Assembly (NCBI RefSeq): GCF_009914755.1
Contig: NC_060941.1
Source: the human T2T-CHM13v2.0 reference genome, Homo sapiens
Length of the DNA: 64,000 nucleotides
Reading direction: 5' to 3' (one strand)
Position numbers and translations under genes: made by a program
Shown: piece after piece, positions 54,301-64,000 of the stretch
Layout of the letters: every line of letters begins with the position of its first letter
Numbering within the stretch: position 1 is the stretch's first letter
The notes under the pieces: generated by a model
The model's database searches: none
What the model was told of the DNA's origin: nothing
The model's input: only the letters and a program-made list of their open reading frames with translations

Positions 54301-56847
54301 ACTCTCTTTCTGTGGCATCTGCAAGGGGACATGTAGACCTCTTTGAAGATTTCGTTGGAAACGGAATCATCTTCACATAAAAACTATACAGATGCATTCT
54401 CAGGAACTTTTTGGTGATGTTTGTATTCAACTCCCAGAGTTGAACTTTCCTTTGGAAAGAGCAGCTATGAAACACTCTTTTTCTAGAATCTGCAAGTGGA
54501 CGTTTGGAGGGCTTTGTGGTTTGTGGTGGAAAAGGAAATATCTTCACCTAAATACTAGATAGAAGCATTCTCAGAAACTGCTTTGTGATGATTGCATTCA
54601 CCTCACAGAGTTGAACATTCCTATTGATAGAGCAGTTTGGAAACACTCTTGTTGTGGAATGTGCAAGTGGAGATTTGGAGCGCTTTGAGGCCTATGGTAG
54701 TAAAGGGAATAGCTTCATAGAAAAACTAGACAGAAGCATTCTCAGAAAATACTTTGTGATGATTGAGTTTAACTCACAGAGCTGAACATTCCTTTGGATG
54801 GAGCAGGTTTGAGACACACTTTTTGTAGAATCTACAAGTGGATATTTGGACCTCTCTGAGGATTTCGTTGGAAACGGGATAACTGCACCTAACTAAACGG
54901 AAGCATTCTCAGAAACTTCTTGGTGATGTTTGCATTCAAATCCCAGAGTTGAACCTTCCTTTGATAGTTCAGGTTTGAAACACTCTTTTTGTAGGATCTG
55001 CAAGTGGATATTTGGACCACTCTGTGGCCTTCGTTCGAAACGGGTATATCTTCGCATAAAATCTAGACAGAAGCCTTCTCAGAAACTTCTCTGTGATGAT
55101 TGCATTCAACTCACAGAGTTGAACCCTCCTATGGATAGAGCAGTGTTGAAACTCTCTTTTTGTGGAATCTGCAAGTGGATACGTGGACCTCTCCGAAGAT
55201 GTCTTTGGAAACGGGAATATCTTCACATAAAAACTAAACAGAAGCATTCTCAGAAACTTCTCTGTGATGTTTGTGTTCAACTCCCAGAGTTTCACATTGC
55301 TTTTCATAGAGTAGTTCTGAAACATGCTTTTCGTAGTGTCTACAAGTGGACATTTGGAGCGCTTTCAGGCCTGTGGTGGAAAACGAATTATGGTCACATA
55401 AAAACTGGAGAGAAGCATTGTCAGAAACTTCTTTGTGATGATTGCATTCAACTCACAGAGTTGAAGGTTCCTTTTCAAAGAGCAGTTTCCAATCACTCTT
55501 TCTGTGGAATCTGCAAGTGGATATTTGGACCTATTTTGAAGATTTCGTTGGAAACGGGAGAATCTTCACAGGAAAGCTAAACAGAAGCATTCTCAGAAAC
55601 TTCTTTGTGATGCTTGCATTCAACTCACAGAGTTGAACTTTCCTTTCGAGAGAGAAGCTTTGAAACACTCTTTTTCCAGAATCTGCAAGTGGACATTTGG
55701 AGGGCTTTGAGGCCTGTGGTGGAAAAGGAATTATCTTCCCGTAAAAGCTAGATAGAAGCATTCTCAGAAACTACTTTGTGATGATTGCATTCAAGTCACA
55801 GAGTTGAACATTCCCTTTGACAGAGCAGTTTGGAAACTCTCTTTGTGTAGAATCTGCAAGTGGAGATATGGACCGCTTTGAGGCCTATGGTAGTAAAGGA
55901 AATAGCTTCATATAAAAGCTAGACAGTAGCATTCACAGAAAACTCTTGGTGACGACTGAGTTTAACTCACAGAGCTGAACATTCCTTTGGATGGAGCAGT
56001 TTCGAAACACACTATTTGTAGAATGTGCAAGTGGATATTTAGGCCTCTCTGAGGATTTCGTTGGAAACGGGATAAACCGCACAGAACTAAACAGAAGCAT
56101 TCTCAGAACCTTCTTCGTGATGTTTGCATTCAACTCACAGTGTTGAACCTTTCTTTGATAGTTCAGGTTTGAAACGGTCTTTCTGCAGAAACTGCAAGTA
56201 GATATTTGGACCGCTCTGAGGATTTCGTTGGAAACGGGATAAACTGCACAGAACTAAACAGAAGCATTCTCAGAACCTTCTTCGTGATGTCTGCATTCAA
56301 CTCACAGTGTGGAACCTTTCTTTGATAGTTCAGGTTTGAAACACTCTTTTTGTAGAAACTGCAAGGGGATAATTGCACTCTTTGAGGAGTACCGTAGTAA
56401 AGGAAATAACTTCCTATAAAAAGAAGACAGAAGCTTTCTCAGAAAATTCTTTGGGATGATTGAGTTGAACTCACAGAGCTGAGCATTCCTTGCGATGTAG
56501 CAGTTTAGAAACACACTTTCTGCAGAATCTGCAAGTGCATATTTGGACCTCTGTGAGGAATTCGTTGGAAACGGGATAATTTCAGCTGACTAAACAGAAG
56601 CAGTCTCAGAATCTTCTTTGTGATGTTTGCATTCAAATCCCCGAGTTGAACTTTCCTTTCAAAGTTCACGTTTGAAACACTCTTTTTGCAGGATCTACAA
56701 GTGGATATTTGGACCACTCTGTGTCCTTCGATCGAAACGGGTATATCTTCACATGACATCTAGACAGAAGCATCCTCAGAAGCTTCTCTGTGATGACTGC
56801 ATTCAACTCACGGAGTTGAACACTCCTTTTGAGAGCGCAGTTTTGAA
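54301..56847 (+). repeat. 15-mer structural variant HOR (2,547 bp; 168 bp deletion creating a hybrid monomer)
   Basis: ORF spacing drops from 2,715 to 2,547 here (53616 to 56163). The sequence at 56161-56260 joins the front of the monomer at offset 1798 (GAAACGGTCT, GTAGATATTTGGACCG) to the tail of the monomer at offset 1966 (ATAAACTGCACAGAACTAAACAG). Confidence 0.97.
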
Positions 56848-59800
56848 ACTCTCTTTCTGTGGCATCTGCAAGGGGACATGTAGACCTCTTTGAAGATTTC
56901 GTTGGAAACGGAATCATCTTCACATAAAAACTATACAGATGCATTCTCAGGAACTTTTTGGTGATGTTTGTATTCAACTCCCAGAGTTGAACTTTCCTTT
57001 GGAAAGAGCAGCTATGAAACACTCTTTTTCTAGAATCTGCAAGTGGACGTTTGGAGGGCTTTGTGGTTTGTGGTGGAAAAGGAAATATCTTCACCTAAAT
57101 ACTAGATAGAAGCATTCTCAGAAACTGCTTTGTGATGATTGCATTCACCTCACAGAGTTGAACATTCCTATTGATAGAGCAGTTTGGAAACACTCTTGTT
57201 GTGGAATGTGCAAGTGGAGATTTGGAGCGCTTTGAGGCCTATGGTAGTAAAGGGAATAGCTTCATAGAAAAACTAGACAGAAGCATTCTCAGAAAATACT
57301 TTGTGATGATTGAGTTTAACTCACAGAGCTGAACATTCCTTTGGATGGAGCAGGTTTGAGACACACTTTTTGTAGAATCTACAAGTGGATATTTGGACCT
57401 CTCTGAGGATTTCGTTGGAAACGGGATAACTGCACCTAACTAAACGGAAGCATTCTCAGAAACTTCTTGGTGATGTTTGCATTCAAATCCCAGAGTTGAA
57501 CCTTCCTTTGATAGTTCAGGTTTGAAACACTCTTTTTGTAGGATCTGCAAGTGGATATTTGGACCACTCTGTGGCCTTCGTTCGAAACGGGTATATCTTC
57601 GCATAAAATCTAGACAGAAGCCTTCTCAGAAACTTCTCTGTGATGATTGCATTCAACTCACAGAGTTGAACCCTCCTATGGATAGAGCAGTGTTGAAACT
57701 CTCTTTTTGTGGAATCTGCAAGTGGATACGTGGACCTCTCCGAAGATGTCTTTGGAAACGGGAATATCTTCACATAAAAACTAAACAGAAGCATTCTCAG
57801 AAACTTCTCTGTGATGTTTGTGTTCAACTCCCAGAGTTTCACATTGCTTTTCATAGAGTAGTTCTGAAACATGCTTTTCGTAGTGTCTACAAGTGGACAT
57901 TTGGAGCGCTTTCAGGCCTGTGGTGGAAAACGAATTATGGTCACATAAAAACTGGAGAGAAGCATTGTCAGAAACTTCTTTGTGATGATTGCATTCAACT
58001 CACAGAGTTGAAGGTTCCTTTTCAAAGAGCAGTTTCCAATCACTCTTTCTGTGGAATCTGCAAGTGGATATTTGGACCTATTTTGAAGATTTCGTTGGAA
58101 ACGGGAGAATCTTCACAGGAAAGCTAAACAGAAGCATTCTCAGAAACTTCTTTGTGATGCTTGCATTCAACTCACAGAGTTGAACTTTCCTTTCGAGAGA
58201 GAAGCTTTGAAACACTCTTTTTCCAGAATCTGCAAGTGGACATTTGGAGGGCTTTGAGGCCTGTGGTGGAAAAGGAATTATCTTCCCGTAAAAGCTAGAT
58301 AGAAGCATTCTCAGAAACTACTTTGTGATGATTGCATTCAAGTCACAGAGTTGAACATTCCCTTTGACAGAGCAGTTTGGAAACTCTCTTTGTGTAGAAT
58401 CTGCAAGTGGAGATATGGACCGCTTTGAGGCCTATGGTAGTAAAGGAAATAGCTTCATATAAAAGCTAGACAGTAGCATTCACAGAAAACTCTTGGTGAC
58501 GACTGAGTTTAACTCACAGAGCTGAACATTCCTTTGGATGGAGCAGTTTCGAAACACACTATTTGTAGAATGTGCAAGTGGATATTTAGGCCTCTCTGAG
58601 GATTTCGTTGGAAACGGGATAAACCGCACAGAACTAAACAGAAGCATTCTCAGAACCTTCTTCGTGATGTTTGCATTCAACTCACAGTGTTGAACCTTTC
58701 TTTGATAGTTCAGGTTTGAAACGGTCTTTCTGCAGAAACTGCAAGTAGATATTTGGACCTCTCTGAGGATTTCGTTGGAAACGGGATACCCCGCACAGAA
58801 CTAAAACAGAAGCATTCTCAGAACCCTCTTCGTGATGTTTGCATTCAACTCACAGTGCTGAACCTTTCTTTGATAGTTCAGCTTTGAAACACTCTTTTTG
58901 TAGAAACTGCAAGTGGATATTTGGTCCTCTCTGAGGATTTCGTTGGAAACGGGATAAACTGCACAGAACTAAACAGAAGCATTCTCAGAACCTTCTTCGT
59001 GATGTCTGCATTCAACTCACAGTGTGGAACCTTTCTTTGATAGTTCAGGTTTGAAACACTCTTTTTGTAGAAACTGCAAGGGGATAATTGCACTCTTTGA
59101 GGAGTACCGTAGTAAAGGAAATAACTTCCTATAAAAAGAAGACAGAAGCTTTCTCAGAAAATTCTTTGGGATGATTGAGTTGAACTCACAGAGCTGAGCA
59201 TTCCTTGCGATGTAGCAGTTTAGAAACACACTTTCTGCAGAATCTGCAAGTGCATATTTGGACCTCTGTGAGGAATTCGTTGGAAACGGGATAATTTCAG
59301 CTGACTAAACAGAAGCAGTCTCAGAATCTTCTTTGTGATGTTTGCATTCAAATCCCCGAGTTGAACTTTCCTTTCAAAGTTCACGTTTGAAACACTCTTT
59401 TTGCAGGATCTACAAGTGGATATTTGGACCACTCTGTGTCCTTCGATCGAAACGGGTATATCTTCACATGACATCTAGACAGAAGCATCCTCAGAAGCTT
59501 CTCTGTGATGACTGCATTCAACTCACGGAGTTGAACACTCCTTTTGAGAGCGCAGTTTTGAAACTCTCTTTCTGTGGCATCTGCAAGGGGACATGTAGAC
59601 CTCTTTGAAGATTTCGTTGGAAACGGAATCATCTTCACATAAAAACTATACAGATGCATTCTCAGGAACTTTTTGGTGATGTTTGTATTCAACTCCCAGA
59701 GTTGAACTTTCCTTTGGAAAGAGCAGCTATGAAACACTCTTTTTCTAGAATCTGCAAGTGGACGTTTGGAGGGCTTTGTGGTTTGTGGTGGAAAAGGAAA

Positions 59801-62800
59801 TATCTTCACCTAAATACTAGATAGAAGCATTCTCAGAAACTGCTTTGTGATGATTGCATTCACCTCACAGAGTTGAACATTCCTATTGATAGAGCAGTTT
59901 GGAAACACTCTTGTTGTGGAATGTGCAAGTGGAGATTTGGAGCGCTTTGAGGCCTATGGTAGTAAAGGGAATAGCTTCATAGAAAAACTAGACAGAAGCA
60001 TTCTCAGAAAATACTTTGTGATGATTGAGTTTAACTCACAGAGCTGAACATTCCTTTGGATGGAGCAGGTTTGAGACACACTTTTTGTAGAATCTACAAG
60101 TGGATATTTGGACCTCTCTGAGGATTTCGTTGGAAACGGGATAACTGCACCTAACTAAACGGAAGCATTCTCAGAAACTTCTTGGTGATGTTTGCATTCA
60201 AATCCCAGAGTTGAACCTTCCTTTGATAGTTCAGGTTTGAAACACTCTTTTTGTAGGATCTGCAAGTGGATATTTGGACCACTCTGTGGCCTTCGTTCGA
60301 AACGGGTATATCTTCGCATAAAATCTAGACAGAAGCCTTCTCAGAAACTTCTCTGTGATGATTGCATTCAACTCACAGAGTTGAACCCTCCTATGGATAG
60401 AGCAGTGTTGAAACTCTCTTTTTGTGGAATCTGCAAGTGGATACGTGGACCTCTCCGAAGATGTCTTTGGAAACGGGAATATCTTCACATAAAAACTAAA
60501 CAGAAGCATTCTCAGAAACTTCTCTGTGATGTTTGTGTTCAACTCCCAGAGTTTCACATTGCTTTTCATAGAGTAGTTCTGAAACATGCTTTTCGTAGTG
60601 TCTACAAGTGGACATTTGGAGCGCTTTCAGGCCTGTGGTGGAAAACGAATTATGGTCACATAAAAACTGGAGAGAAGCATTGTCAGAAACTTCTTTGTGA
60701 TGATTGCATTCAACTCACAGAGTTGAAGGTTCCTTTTCAAAGAGCAGTTTCCAATCACTCTTTCTGTGGAATCTGCAAGTGGATATTTGGACCTATTTTG
60801 AAGATTTCGTTGGAAACGGGAGAATCTTCACAGGAAAGCTAAACAGAAGCATTCTCAGAAACTTCTTTGTGATGCTTGCATTCAACTCACAGAGTTGAAC
60901 TTTCCTTTCGAGAGAGAAGCTTTGAAACACTCTTTTTCCAGAATCTGCAAGTGGACATTTGGAGGGCTTTGAGGCCTGTGGTGGAAAAGGAATTATCTTC
61001 CCGTAAAAGCTAGATAGAAGCATTCTCAGAAACTACTTTGTGATGATTGCATTCAAGTCACAGAGTTGAACATTCCCTTTGACAGAGCAGTTTGGAAACT
61101 CTCTTTGTGTAGAATCTGCAAGTGGAGATATGGACCGCTTTGAGGCCTATGGTAGTAAAGGAAATAGCTTCATATAAAAGCTAGACAGTAGCATTCACAG
61201 AAAACTCTTGGTGACGACTGAGTTTAACTCACAGAGCTGAACATTCCTTTGGATGGAGCAGTTTCGAAACACACTATTTGTAGAATGTGCAAGTGGATAT
61301 TTAGGCCTCTCTGAGGATTTCGTTGGAAACGGGATAAACCGCACAGAACTAAACAGAAGCATTCTCAGAACCTTCTTCGTGATGTTTGCATTCAACTCAC
61401 AGTGTTGAACCTTTCTTTGATAGTTCAGGTTTGAAACGGTCTTTCTGCAGAAACTGCAAGTAGATATTTGGACCTCTCTGAGGATTTCGTTGGAAACGGG
61501 ATACCCCGCACAGAACTAAAACAGAAGCATTCTCAGAACCCTCTTCGTGATGTTTGCATTCAACTCACAGTGCTGAACCTTTCTTTGATAGTTCAGCTTT
61601 GAAACACTCTTTTTGTAGAAACTGCAAGTGGATATTTGGTCCTCTCTGAGGAATTCGTTGGAAACGGGATAAACTGCACAGAACTAAACAGAAGCATTCT
61701 CAGAACCTTCTTCGTGATGTCTGCATTCAACTCACAGTGTGGAACCTTTCTTTGATAGTTCAGGTTTGAAACACTCTTTTTGTAGAAACTGCAAGGGGAT
61801 AATTGCACTCTTTGAGGAGTACCGTAGTAAAGGAAATAACTTCCTATAAAAAGAAGACAGAAGCTTTCTCAGAAAATTCTTTGGGATGATTGAGTTGAAC
61901 TCACAGAGCTGAGCATTCCTTGCGATGTAGCAGTTTAGAAACACACTTTCTGCAGAATCTGCAAGTGCATATTTGGACCTCTGTGAGGAATTCGTTGGAA
62001 ACGGGATAATTTCAGCTGACTAAACAGAAGCAGTCTCAGAATCTTCTTTGTGATGTTTGCATTCAAATCCCCGAGTTGAACTTTCCTTTCAAAGTTCACG
62101 TTTGAAACACTCTTTTTGCAGGATCTACAAGTGGATATTTGGACCACTCTGTGTCCTTCGATCGAAACGGGTATATCTTCACATGACATCTAGACAGAAG
62201 CATCCTCAGAAGCTTCTCTGTGATGACTGCATTCAACTCACGGAGTTGAACACTCCTTTTGAGAGCGCAGTTTTGAAACTCTCTTTCTGTGGCATCTGCA
62301 AGGGGACATGTAGACCTCTTTGAAGATTTCGTTGGAAACGGAATCATCTTCACATAAAAACTACACAGATGCATTCTCAGGAACTTTTTGGTGATGTTTG
62401 TATTCAACTCCCAGAGTTGAACTTTCCTTTGGAAAGAGCAGCTATGAAACACTGTTTTTCTAGAATCTGCAAGTGGACGTTTGGAGGGCTTTGTGGTTTG
62501 TGGTGGAAAAGGAAATATCTTCACCTAAATACTAGATAGAAGCATTCTCAGAAACTGCTTTGTGATGATTGCATTCACCTCACAGAGTTGAACATTCCTA
62601 TTGATAGAGCAGTTTGGAAACACTCTTGTTGTGGAATGTGCAAGTGGAGATTTGGAGCGCTTTGAGGCCTATGGTAGTAAAGGGAATAGCTTCATAGAAA
62701 AACTAGACAGAAGCATTCTCAGAAAATACTTTGTGATGATTGAGTTTAACTCACAGAGCTGAACATTCCTTTGGATGGAGCAGGTTTGAGACACACTTTT

Positions 62801-64000
62801 TGTAGAATCTACAAGTGGATATTTGGACCTCTCTGAGGATTTCGTTGGAAACGGGATAACTGCACCTAACTAAACGGAAGCATTCTCAGAAACTTCTTGG
62901 TGATGTTTGCATTCAAATCCCAGAGTTGAACCTTCCTTTGATAGTTCAGGTTTGAAACACTCTTTTTGTAGGATCTGCAAGTGGATATTTGGACCACTCT
63001 GTGGCCTTCGTTCGAAACGGGTATATCTTCGCATAAAATCTAGACAGAAGCCTTCTCAGAAACTTCTCTGTGATGATTGCATTCAACTCACAGAGTTGAA
63101 CCCTCCTATGGATAGAGCAGTGTTGAAACTCTCTTTTTGTGGAATCTGCAAGTGGATACGTGGACCTCTCCGAAGATGTCTTTGGAAACGGGAATATCTT
63201 CACATAAAAACTAAACAGAAGCATTCTCAGAAACTTCTCTGTGATGTTTGTGTTCAACTCCCAGAGTTTCACATTGCTTTTCATAGAGTAGTTCTGAAAC
63301 ATGCTTTTCGTAGTGTCTACAAGTGGACATTTGGAGCGCTTTCAGGCCTGTGGTGGAAAACGAATTATGGTCACATAAAAACTGGAGAGAAGCATTGTCA
63401 GAAACTTCTTTGTGATGATTGCATTCAACTCACAGAGTTGAAGGTTCCTTTTCAAAGAGCAGTTTCCAATCACTCTTTCTGTGGAATCTGCAAGTGGATA
63501 TTTGGACCTATTTTGAAGATTTCGTTGGAAACGGGAGAATCTTCACAGGAAAGCTAAACAGAAGCATTCTCAGAAACTTCTTTGTGATGCTTGCATTCAA
63601 CTCACAGAGTTGAACTTTCCTTTCGAGAGAGAAGCTTTGAAACACTCTTTTTCCAGAATCTGCAAGTGGACATTTGGAGGGCTTTGAGGCCTGTGGTGGA
63701 AAAGGAATTATCTTCCCGTAAAAGCTAGATAGAAGCATTCTCAGAAACTACTTTGTGATGATTGCATTCAAGTCACAGAGTTGAACATTCCCTTTGACAG
63801 AGCAGTTTGGAAACTCTCTTTGTGTAGAATCTGCAAGTGGAGATATGGACCGCTTTGAGGCCTATGGTAGTAAAGGAAATAGCTTCATATAAAAGCTAGA
63901 CAGTAGCATTCACAGAAAACTCTTGGTGACGACTGAGTTTAACTCACAGAGCTGAACATTCCTTTGGATGGAGCAGTTTCGAAACACACTATTTGTAGAA

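Larger units (their letters stand above)
1..64000 (+). repeat. D17Z1: Alpha satellite higher-order repeat array, 16-mer 2,715 bp HOR, most likely human chromosome 17 D17Z1 (SF3, pentameric family)
   Basis: Seen: hallmark alphoid motifs (CATTCTCAGAAACTTCTTTGTGATG, GAATCTGCAAGTGGATATTTGG, TTCGTTGGAAACGGGA) recur every 167-172 bp. Every ORF in the track recurs at exactly 2,715 bp except across one unit, and the orientation is single throughout. Knowledge: a ~2.7 kb 16-mer with one EcoRI site and pentamer-derived monomers is the described D17Z1 structure. Alpha satellite identity is essentially certain; the chromosome assignment is from recall. Confidence 0.95.

Noticed and set aside
1-64000. CRISPR-like array (regularly spaced conserved TTCGTTGGAAACGGGA motif)
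   Set aside because: The intervening sequences are homologous monomer bodies that repeat exactly every 2,715 bp, not unique spacers, and no cas genes are present. The motif is the CENP-B box.
1-64000. Hidden insertion, inversion, L1/Alu or foreign cargo
   Set aside because: The 2,715 bp register is unbroken apart from the single 168 bp deletion, all monomers share one orientation, and I saw no non-alphoid sequence.
1-64000. A previously undescribed biological system
   Set aside because: Everything visible is explained by a well-studied centromeric HOR array and its turnover. Any novelty is limited to fine-scale variant patterns that need array-wide computation.
1-64000. Calling this window the active kinetochore (CENP-A/CDR) site
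   Set aside because: High homogeneity and dense CENP-B boxes fit a live array, but kinetochore position is epigenetic and cannot be read from sequence.

Overview
The whole 64 kb window is primate centromeric alpha satellite. It is a head-to-tail array of ~171 bp monomers organised in a 16-monomer, 2,715 bp higher-order repeat (HOR), with one constant EcoRI site per unit and a pentamer-derived monomer order. This matches human chromosome 17 D17Z1 (suprachromosomal family 3); the match is from recall, not a database search. There are 22 full 16-mers, one 15-mer (54301-56847, 168 bp shorter) and a final partial unit. I number the units U1-U24, with U1 starting at base 1; 'offset' means position within a unit. 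Units are more than 99% identical, and by eye I found only 14 variable positions. Each 16-mer carries 8 intact CENP-B box cores. There are no genes, RNA genes, mobile elements or CRISPR arrays, and all ORFs in the track are artefacts of the repeat. I do not see a new biological system. What is worth a second look is the fine-scale record of array turnover: a deletion breakpoint on a CENP-B box, variants crowding the box edges, short-range haplotype shuffling, local haplotype blocks and a long invariant half of the unit.
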